From Candidatus Giovannonibacteria bacterium (lineage in GTDB: Bacteria; Patescibacteriota; Minisyncoccia; JACPKW01; UBA11713): a DNA stretch of 64,000 bases. Below the pieces are notes generated by a model. It saw only the letters and a program-made list of their open reading frames with translations, was not told the DNA's origin and did no database searches. Shown piece after piece: positions 13,836-20,990 of this stretch (its first letter is position 1; each line of letters opens with the position of its first letter). A program made the position numbers and the translations under genes. The DNA is taken from contig JACOXM010000001.1 in assembly GCA_016176285.1 (NCBI GenBank), positions 5,812-69,811 on the forward strand, read 5' to 3'.

Positions 13836-15283
13836 TTGATTTTTCCAATTTAACAATTAAAAAAACTAAAGAGCTCTACCAAAGTGGGGAGCTTTCCGCG
13901 CGCGAATTAGTCTCGCATTACCAGGATGAAATTAAAAAGAAAAATCCGGAATTGAATATTTATAGAGAAACTTTTGACAATGCGTTTGAAGATGCAGAGA
14001 AAATAGATTTAAAAATAAAACACGGAGATACGCCTAGAGCGCTTGAAGGAATTCCGTTCGCCATAAAAGACAATATTTTAATAAAGGGAAAACCTGCGGG
14101 CGCATCTTCAAAGATTCTTGAAGGATATACGGCGAGTTATGACTCTACTGTAATAAAAAAAATGAGGGAAGAAGGAGCGATTTTTCTGGGACGGACGAAT
14201 ATGGATGAATTTGCAATGGGTTCTTCAACCGAAAACTCCGCGTATGGTGTTACGAAAAATCCTCACGATACAACAAGGGTTCCGGGCGGATCTTCCGGCG
14301 GCTCGGCTGCGGCTGTCGCGGCGGATTTAGCGCTCGCGTCGCTTGGTTCGGATACGGGGGGATCTATAAGGCAGCCCGCTGCATTTTGCGGAGTTGTCGG
14401 CTTAAAGCCGACCTACGGATCCGTAAGTCGTTCTGGTTTAATCGCAATGGCTTCTTCGCTTGATCAGATAGGCCCTTTGACGCCAACCGTAGAGGACGCA
14501 GAAATAATTTTTGATGTGATTAAAGGCAAAGACGAACTAGATTCGACCAACTTGGAAACCGAGTTTCCAAGCGGAAACTCGGTTTCCTCGGCTGTCTGCA
14601 CAATCGGTGTTCCGAAAGAATATTTTTCCTTGTCCGAAGGGGGAATGGGAGGCCTCGATTCCGATACTGCAAAAAAAATTATGGAGGCGATAGATTTTTT
14701 GAAATCAAAAAATTTTGAAATCAAAGAAGTAAGCCTGCCATCGGTCAAATACGCTCTTTCGGCTTATTACATCATTATGCCCGCCGAAGCTTCATCGAAC
14801 CTGGCGCGTTTCGACGGAATGCGTTACGGTCCGCGCGAAGACGGAAAAAATCTTTTCGAAGTTTATACTAAAACCCGCGAGAATGGATTCGGACTGGAAC
14901 CGCGGCGCAGAATTATTTTAGGCGCATACGTTTTATCGGCAGGGTATTACGATGCTTATTACGGGAGAGCTCAAAAAGTTCGCCAGCTTATTCGTGGCGA
15001 TTTCGAAAATGAATTTAATAATGTTGATTTGATTTTGACTCCGACAACTCCGCATCCCGCATTCAAAATAGGGGAGAAAGCGAATGATCCCTTATCGATG
15101 TATTTGGAAGATGTCTATACGGTTCCTGTCAATTTGGCGGGGGTTCCGGCAATTTCTGTGCCTTTCGGGAGTGTTTCGCGCGAAGGGAAAAATCTGCCTG
15201 TGGGCGTTCAGCTGATAGCTCCATGGTTTAAGGAAAATCGTTTGTTCGAAGTTGGAAAAATTTTGGAGGGCCTTAAGAGTTAG
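13832..15283 (+). CDS. gatA: Asp/Glu-tRNA amidotransferase subunit A
   Basis: Amidase signature PGGSSGGSAAAV, GSDTGGSIRQPA, SSNLARFDG, RRIILG. Confidence 0.96.
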   Translation: MIDFSNLTIKKTKELYQSGELSARELVSHYQDEIKKKNPELNIYRETFDNAFEDAEKIDLKIKHGDTPRALEGIPFAIKDNILIKGKPAGASSKILEGYTASYDSTVIKKMREEGAIFLGRTNMDEFAMGSSTENSAYGVTKNPHDTTRVPGGSSGGSAAAVAADLALASLGSDTGGSIRQPAAFCGVVGLKPTYGSVSRSGLIAMASSLDQIGPLTPTVEDAEIIFDVIKGKDELDSTNLETEFPSGNSVSSAVCTIGVPKEYFSLSEGGMGGLDSDTAKKIMEAIDFLKSKNFEIKEVSLPSVKYALSAYYIIMPAEASSNLARFDGMRYGPREDGKNLFEVYTKTRENGFGLEPRRRIILGAYVLSAGYYDAYYGRAQKVRQLIRGDFENEFNNVDLILTPTTPHPAFKIGEKANDPLSMYLEDVYTVPVNLAGVPAISVPFGSVSREGKNLPVGVQLIAPWFKENRLFEVGKILEGLKS

Positions 15284-15519
15284 GCGTCGTCATATCGGTC
15301 AAAACCGGAATCGTCTTTTACAATTTTGCTCGGTTTTTCGCCGAGAATTTTTTTAAGCAAATCGATTGCGTTTTTCTTCGCTTCTTCCGGAGTTTGGCTC
15401 ATGGATTTTCCGGCTTCATCAAAAGTTTTATTTGTAATGGATTTGCCTTTGTATTCGTGACCGGCGTGGCCGGCACCCATTGGGTTATCCGGCATTTTGC
15501 ATCCGCAGTTGTAACACAT
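15280..15519 (-). CDS. Small Cys/His-rich hypothetical protein (putative metal-binding)
   Basis: MCYNCGC...HAGH N-terminus; fills the gap convergent with gatA. Confidence 0.65.
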   Translation of the reverse strand: MCYNCGCKMPDNPMGAGHAGHEYKGKSITNKTFDEAGKSMSQTPEEAKKNAIDLLKKILGEKPSKIVKDDSGFDRYDDA

Positions 15520-15623
15520 AAATTATTAAGAAAATTATTTTTATAAAACTGACCTTTTTTTATTGGACGATTCTATTTTAGAATTCTTGCGATATTTCGG
15601 CAAGTTTGCCCGTAGTTTGATTT

Positions 15624-15654
15624 AAAGAGCCCCGCTAGTGATAGCCGGGGCTTT
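15624..15654. terminator. Hairpin, probable terminator of the DHS remnant
   Basis: AAAGAGCCCCGCTA-GTGA-TAGCCGGGGCTTT. Confidence 0.6.
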
Positions 15655-15671
15655 GAAATTTTTGGCTGGAA

Positions 15672-16242
15672 TTAATCGTTGTTCATTTTATCCATGACGT
15701 ATTTTACGAGAAACGGCCAAACCTGGGTTGCGTCCGCCATAATCTCGACGTAGGTGCCGTTTTTTACCGCCTTGCGCCACGACTCATTCTCGGAGTAGGT
15801 GCATCCCGACAAGTGACCATACCACATTTGATCGGGAGCGATTCGGACTGCCATATCATACCGACGGAACGGATACAGTTCGTAACCCATACGGTCGTTT
15901 ATAATCTCGATCAGCGGCGCGACGTTTTGGGTGTTGTTCCGGGGAACTCCGCCTCCGACGGAAAAGATTCCAAAGCGCGGAGCATCGGTTACTAATTTTA
16001 TAAGTTCCGCGCTGTCTTTTTCCATATCTATTAAAATTGGCTTCCGGCCTTGCCTTTTACGCATTACGTTGATGATATACAGGTTGTTTCCCAACACCGC
16101 CTGCAATATAAAGATTAGTCATAAGGTCTTCGACAGAATGACGTTTACCATCGAGCCATTCATCGAGGACCAGATATAAGACTGGCATCACAAAGCGCGG
16201 GTCAGCAAATACGGCGTTCGGAAAATGCCCGTCTTTTATCTG
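15672..16242 (-). pseudogene. Deoxyhypusine synthase family remnant
   Basis: C-terminal DHS motifs GGGVPRN, GHLSGCTYSE..SW.K and ADATQVWPFL, but no NAD-binding N-terminal half. A second coding-like frame lies upstream with no start. Confidence 0.75.
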
Positions 16243-16267
16243 TTACTAATAGAAATTTATATAAAAT

Positions 16268-16294
16268 CAAAATAGCCCGTTAAGGGCCATTTTG
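16268..16294 (-). terminator. Terminator downstream of tRNA-fMet
   Basis: CAAAATAGCCC-GTTAA-GGGCCATTTTG. Confidence 0.55.
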
Positions 16295-16301
16295 TCGCGT
16301 G

Positions 16302-16372
16302 TTGCGGGGGCGGGAATTGCACCCGCGCCTTGAGGTTATGAGCCTCACGAGATACTACTTCTCTACCCCGCG
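16302..16372 (-). tRNA. tRNA-fMet (CAT), initiator type
   Basis: CGCGGGG TA GAGA AGTAGTA TCTC G TGAGG CTCATAA CCTCA AGGC GCGGG TGCAATT CCCGC CCCCGCA A; C1:A72 mismatch and A11-U24 pair. Confidence 0.9.
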
Positions 16373-16384
16373 ATATTATATTAA

Positions 16385-16624
16385 TTAACCCAGCCGTTTT
16401 TTTAAGTATAACCTGCCGAATCCTGTTTTCAAGATCTTTTCTCTTGATATGGCATTTTCTCGAATTTTACAGGCTTCATAATATACCAGCTCCAGCGGAG
16501 TTCTATTTTTTGTAGCTATAACATTCCCGCTGTTATGTTGCTTAACGCGATTTATTAAATTATCAGTCCATCCGATGTATAGTTTTCCATCTTTCTTACT
16601 TTTGAGAACGTAAGTATAAAACAT
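16385..16624 (-). CDS. Stand-alone GIY-YIG nuclease (79 aa)
   Basis: YTYVLKS..DGKLYIGWTDNL..RVKQHN.G...TK.R.PLELVYYE...A..RE..LK.G.GR. Confidence 0.92.
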   Translation of the reverse strand: MFYTYVLKSKKDGKLYIGWTDNLINRVKQHNSGNVIATKNRTPLELVYYEACKIRENAISREKILKTGFGRLYLKKRLG

Positions 16625-16690
16625 AGATACTACTTCCCCGCCTGCAGTCGCTATCGCGACAGCGATTGCGGGCAGGTCTACCCCGCGATA
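16625..16690 (-). repeat. Second copy of the tRNA-fMet 5' end (matches 16350-16375), interrupted by a 40-bp palindrome (16637-16676)
   Basis: Minus strand TATCGCGGGGTAGA[40 nt]GAAGTAGTATCT is identical to TATCGCGGGGTAGAGAAGTAGTATCT at the tRNA. Confidence 0.9.
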
Positions 16691-16807
16691 AATTTTATAT
16701 TAGCTGTAATGTATATATATTTCAAGTTCTATTTACGAAGTAAGCTATTTGTATCATAAACGTTGTATAATATAGGGGTGATTGTTATAGGATTAACGTA
16801 AATATAT

Positions 16808-17947
16808 ATGGGAATAATTATTGCGATTATTTTAGCGCTTTCCGTTGGAGCTTCGGCGGGGGCGCAAAACTCACTGCCGGGGGATTTTCTTTATCCGGTA
16901 AAAATAAATGTAAACGAAAAAGTGGAGGGATTGGTTGCAATTGGCGATGAAGCCGATGCGAGATTAGCGATTGATCTTGCAATAAGGCGTCTCGAGGAGG
17001 CGGAGACTTTGGCCACTAATGGAAAATTAAATGCGGATACAAGGGTGAAGGTGGAATCCGGCTTTGAAAACGAAACCGAGAAAGCCGAGAAAAAGATAGA
17101 AAGATTAAAAGCAAAAAATGATATTAACGCGGCTTCGGAGGTAAGCTCCGAATTTGAATCGTCTCTGTCCGCGCACAAAAAAATTCTTCTTGAAATAAAA
17201 AACTCAAGCAATAAAGCCGAAGTGGAAGTCGAATCTCTGCTTGGTAAAATAGAAATAAAAGTTAAATCAGCGTCGGATGGCCGAATTGAGCTGGAAAGTA
17301 AAATAGAAACTTTCTCCGGAGCGGACACAAAATCTGCGGCTGAAGGGAAATTAAAATCGGCGGAAAATAAAATTACCGAGGTGAAGAAATTCATTGAGGG
17401 GGAAAAAGTTTCCCTGGGGGCCGAAGCTCTTGCGGCTGCGGATTCCAGGATAAAAGTTGCGGAAAATACCGTAGTGGAGGGCAGGGCAAAATTAGAAGCG
17501 CAAAAATACGGGGAAGCTTTTATTGATTTTCAAAGAGCGCATCGAATAGCGCGGGAGGCGAAACTTCTCGCCGAAGCAAAAAGCGACCTTAATATAGAGG
17601 TGAAGATTAACGGCGATTTTGATGATGAAGATGACGATGCAGTTAAGAACGAGATCAGATCTAAAATAGAGACTGATACGGGTGAGCTTGATATAAGAGT
17701 TGAAAATGGAAATATAAGATTATCCGGTAAATTAAATCGGGCTAATCCGTGCATTGAATGGAGTGTCGGCAAAACTTTATCTGCCGGAACTTTGACGTTT
17801 GATATAACTAAAAAAAGCACAGCGGATATTTGTGTTCAGGTTCTGGGAAAACCGCAGGAAATTAATATAACAGATAAAGTAGAAAAAAATACGAATGTAA
17901 TCGTAAAGCTCGAGGGGAAAATAGTTTTTTCGGGAAAAGTAAACTGA
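16808..17947 (+). CDS. Secreted DUF5667-type coiled-coil protein with a C-terminal beta domain
   Basis: Signal peptide; SLPGDFLYPVK..VNE...RRLEEAE motif; C-terminal NPC...CVQVL pair. Confidence 0.75.
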   Translation: MGIIIAIILALSVGASAGAQNSLPGDFLYPVKINVNEKVEGLVAIGDEADARLAIDLAIRRLEEAETLATNGKLNADTRVKVESGFENETEKAEKKIERLKAKNDINAASEVSSEFESSLSAHKKILLEIKNSSNKAEVEVESLLGKIEIKVKSASDGRIELESKIETFSGADTKSAAEGKLKSAENKITEVKKFIEGEKVSLGAEALAAADSRIKVAENTVVEGRAKLEAQKYGEAFIDFQRAHRIAREAKLLAEAKSDLNIEVKINGDFDDEDDDAVKNEIRSKIETDTGELDIRVENGNIRLSGKLNRANPCIEWSVGKTLSAGTLTFDITKKSTADICVQVLGKPQEINITDKVEKNTNVIVKLEGKIVFSGKVN

Positions 17948-17967
17948 TAATTTAGCTTCCATGAAAT

Positions 17968-18000
17968 AAAAAAACACCCGCCTTGGGTGGGTGTTTTTTT
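17968..18000 (+). terminator. Intrinsic terminator
   Basis: AAAAAAACACCCGCC-TTG-GGTGGGTGTTTTTTT. Confidence 0.8.
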
Positions 18001-18064
18001 ATAGGAAGTTATACTAACTTGTGCACTTTTTCCATACCCGAGATATAGTAAAATATATAGTATC

Positions 18065-18835
18065 GTGGCTAAGTTCGAAAAACGATTAATGGCTTTAAAA
18101 TTAAGAAAGCGAGGATGGAGCATTAAACATATAGCCAGTAATCTTGAGGTTTCAAAAAGTACCGCGAGTATTTGGTGCAGGGATTTAGTTCTTACGTCTA
18201 AACAAAAATCATTGTTGATTAAAAAAGCCATAAAGGCTGGTCATTGCGGCAGAATAAAGGGAGCTAATTTTAATAAAGAAAAAAAGGAAAAAATAATTCA
18301 GTTCTTTAAAGACGAAGGTATAAAAAAGTTAGCAGCAATTTCAGATAGGGAATTTTTAATATCTGGTTTATCGCTGTACTGGGCTGAAGGCAGTAAAAAA
18401 GACAAACTTTCGTTTGTAAATTCTGAACCTGAAATGATTATGTTTATGTATAAATGGTTTTACGAAATTATGGGTGTTAAAAAAGATGAGTTTATGCCAA
18501 GAATATTTATTAATGAAATACATCGTCCGAGGATAAATAAGGTCTTGAGATTTTGGTCAAAATTGCTAAACTTACCCGTAAGTCAATTTGGCAATCCGGT
18601 TTTTCTTGCCCACAAACAAAAAAAAGTATATGAGAACTATAATAACTATTACGGCGTCTTGGCACTAAGGGTTAGAAATAGTAGCAGGTTGAAATATGAA
18701 ATTATTGGTTTGATTGATGCATTAAAAAAAAGTAATATAGCCAAGGTAGCTCAATGGTTAGAGCGGTCGTTTCATAAGCGACAGGTTGTGGGTTCAATTC
18801 CCACCCTTGGCACAAATATTGGGCGCGTGGTGTAG
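18065..18835 (+). CDS. tRNA-associated HTH plus degenerate LAGLIDADG-like protein
   Basis: N-terminal HTH (LRKRGWSIKHIA..LEVSKSTASIW), LYWAEGSK, FVNSEPEMI. The 3' end overlaps two tRNAs. Confidence 0.7.
   Translation: MAKFEKRLMALKLRKRGWSIKHIASNLEVSKSTASIWCRDLVLTSKQKSLLIKKAIKAGHCGRIKGANFNKEKKEKIIQFFKDEGIKKLAAISDREFLISGLSLYWAEGSKKDKLSFVNSEPEMIMFMYKWFYEIMGVKKDEFMPRIFINEIHRPRINKVLRFWSKLLNLPVSQFGNPVFLAHKQKKVYENYNNYYGVLALRVRNSSRLKYEIIGLIDALKKSNIAKVAQWLERSFHKRQVVGSIPTLGTNIGRVV
18740..18812 (+). tRNA. tRNA-Met (CAT), elongator type (Ile2 not excluded)
   Basis: GCCAAGG...GTCGT TTCATAA GCGAC...GTGGG TTCAATT CCCAC CCTTGGC A. Confidence 0.88.
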
Positions 18836-18898
18836 CCCGGTCAACACGTCCCCCTGTCACGGGGAAGATCGCCGGTTCAAATCCGGTCGCGCCCGCCA
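18821..18898 (+). tRNA. tRNA-Asp (GTC) with encoded CCA
   Basis: GGGCGCG...TCCCC CTGTCAC GGGGA...GCCGG TTCAAAT CCGGT CGCGCCC G CCA. Confidence 0.93.
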
Positions 18899-18981
18899 AT
18901 ATAAAACTTTCCTGTTTGTGAGATCGGCAATTCAAAAAGGCCCTTTCTAAGAAAGATCGGGCCCATCGTAGTTCACGGTGA

Positions 18982-19356
18982 TTAACCAGCATTAGGGAAG
19001 AGGATTCGCCGCTCCGTGACTCGGCAGCAGTATTTTTTACTTGCGAGCCAGAACGAATCGAAAACTCTCTCTTCGACGGTCACGGGATGTATATCGTAAT
19101 GACATCCCTTTGGAGCATCAACTACGATTAGTCCTTCCCGTGAATCCAACGCCATTTGGCATGGCTTAATATTTTGCAGTACTTTCTCTATTGGTTTTCG
19201 GGTTTCAATCTCTTTTTCCGGCAAAATTCTAGCTTCCAACCACTTGGTTGAAACGAGAACTTTATCGAAAGGTAGTACGAGATCGAGAAAGTCGTTGTAA
19301 AAAAGCGTTACGCCAATTGCCATCACCGCTATAGAGAAAAGAATTTTCTTTTCCAT
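18982..19356 (-). CDS. Hypothetical membrane-anchored protein
   Basis: 124-aa ORF, N-terminal hydrophobic helix, SD AGAGGTGA upstream, 4 Cys. Confidence 0.6.
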   Translation of the reverse strand: MEKKILFSIAVMAIGVTLFYNDFLDLVLPFDKVLVSTKWLEARILPEKEIETRKPIEKVLQNIKPCQMALDSREGLIVVDAPKGCHYDIHPVTVEERVFDSFWLASKKYCCRVTERRILFPNAG

Positions 19357-19432
19357 GTATCACCTCTTTCTGGTTTTTAAGTTACCATCAATTTTTCCAA
19401 ACCTCTTTCCATTATTTTTGCATTTCTTTAAT

Positions 19433-19461
19433 TTGTCAAGTTATTTTGAGTAAATTACAAT
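19433..19461 (+). promoter_or_regulatory. Sigma70-type promoter of pheS (leaderless geometry)
   Basis: TTGTCA-17 bp-TACAAT, then 7 nt to ATG. Confidence 0.55.
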
Positions 19462-19468
19462 ACATCTT

Positions 19469-20527
19469 ATGCTTGATCTGGAAAAATTACTCCAAAAAGC
19501 CAAGAATGAGATCAAAGAAGCGGCGGATTTGGCCAAACTTAGGAACCTCGAGATACGTTATCTGGGACGTAATGGGGAGCTAACTCTGTTTTTGCGTTCG
19601 CTTAAGGACTTTGCCATAGAGGAAAGGAAGAAATTAGGGGCGAGCGCCAATAAAATCAGGGATGAGTTGGAATCTTTAATTCGCGAAAAGATTCATACGG
19701 TCGGAAAAAAAGAAATAGAAGAGCGGCTTTCAACTGAAAAAATAGATATAACCGCACCGGGCCGTAGGTTGCCAAAGGGGCATCTTCACCCCGTAACTAT
19801 TTTAAGGCGTGACATTGAAGAAATCTTTCGTGATTTGGGTTTTTCTTCCGTGGGAGGGCCAGAGATAGAACTGGAATGGTATAACTTCGATTCTTTAAAT
19901 ATTCCTAAATATCATCCAGCTCGCGATATGCAGGATACTTTGTGGCTCAAAGAAAAGCCGATTGCCATCAAAAGGGGAGGCGAAAATATTTTATCGCGCC
20001 TTTTGATGCGAACTCAGGTGACATCGATTCAAGTCCGTTTCATGGAAAAAAATAATCCGCCCTTCTCGATAATTATGCCTGGAAATGTTTATCGCAGAGA
20101 GACGCCCGACGCGTCACACGAAATACAATTTACGCAGATGGATGGGATCGTCGTCGGGCCGGATGCTTCGCTTGCAAACATGAAGTGGGTTATGGATGCA
20201 GTTTTGAGAAAAATTTTCGGAAAAAAAGTCGCAACACGTCTTCGTCCGAGTTATTTTCCGTTCACGGAGCCGTCCGTTGAGCTTGATATGGAATGCTTTG
20301 TCTGTGGAGGCAAGGGCTGTTCGGTTTGCAAACGGACCGGCTGGGTTGAAATTTTGCCAGGAGGGATGGTACACCCGAAAGTTTTCGAAGCCGCAGGAAT
20401 GAACCCGAGAGACCATCAGGGCTATGCCTTTGATCTGGGGATAGATCGAATCTGTATGATGAAATATAAAATTCCGGATATTCGCCTTTTCCATTCGCAA
20501 GATTTGCGGTTTATTAATCAATTTTAA
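19469..20527 (+). CDS. pheS: Phenylalanine-tRNA ligase alpha subunit
   Basis: GHLHP, HPARDMQDT, PGNVYRRE, RPSYFPFTEPS, GMVHP, IPDIR. Confidence 0.95.
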   Translation: MLDLEKLLQKAKNEIKEAADLAKLRNLEIRYLGRNGELTLFLRSLKDFAIEERKKLGASANKIRDELESLIREKIHTVGKKEIEERLSTEKIDITAPGRRLPKGHLHPVTILRRDIEEIFRDLGFSSVGGPEIELEWYNFDSLNIPKYHPARDMQDTLWLKEKPIAIKRGGENILSRLLMRTQVTSIQVRFMEKNNPPFSIIMPGNVYRRETPDASHEIQFTQMDGIVVGPDASLANMKWVMDAVLRKIFGKKVATRLRPSYFPFTEPSVELDMECFVCGGKGCSVCKRTGWVEILPGGMVHPKVFEAAGMNPRDHQGYAFDLGIDRICMMKYKIPDIRLFHSQDLRFINQF

Positions 20528-20528
20528 T

Positions 20529-20990
20529 ATGAGGATTGTAATGACTCTTTGTGTTATTCATCAGGAACCGAAAATTTTACTTGGACTTAAAAAACGCGGA
20601 TTTGGAATGGGAAAGTGGAACGGATTCGGAGGAAAGGTTAAAGACGGAGAAGATATTATAGAAGCCGCGAAGAGGGAAGTATTGGAAGAAACGGGCGTTC
20701 CGGTAGAAAATTTGGAGCCGTCCGGAAAATTGGAGTTTAATTTCGAAGGAAATCCGGATACCATAGAGGTTAATCTTTTTCGGGCGATGGATTTTAATGG
20801 AGAGCCGGTCGAAAGTGAAGAAATGCGCCCGCAGTGGTTTGATGTAGGGGGAATACCGTATGACGAAATGTGGCCCGACGACCGGCATTGGTTACCGCTT
20901 TTTTTGAAAGGCAATAAACTTTATGGAAAATTTTTATTCGATAAAAAGGGAAACGAAGTTTTAAAGAAAGAGTTATCCGTATTTACATGA
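20529..20990 (+). CDS. NUDIX hydrolase, MTH1/8-oxo-dGTPase-like
   Basis: KKRGFGMGKWNGFGGKV, AAKREVLEETG, ESEEMRPQWF, MWPDD. Confidence 0.9.
   Translation: MRIVMTLCVIHQEPKILLGLKKRGFGMGKWNGFGGKVKDGEDIIEAAKREVLEETGVPVENLEPSGKLEFNFEGNPDTIEVNLFRAMDFNGEPVESEEMRPQWFDVGGIPYDEMWPDDRHWLPLFLKGNKLYGKFLFDKKGNEVLKKELSVFT

Noticed and set aside
16373-16690. GIY-YIG gene as a tRNA intron-encoded endonuclease
   Set aside because: The downstream tRNA is complete on its own, the split is not in the anticodon loop, and there is no room for a group I intron core.
18959-18981. tRNA-Glu-like 5' fragment GGGCCCATCGTAGTTCACGGT after tRNA-Asp
   Set aside because: There is no anticodon arm, T arm or acceptor complement; too short to support a call.
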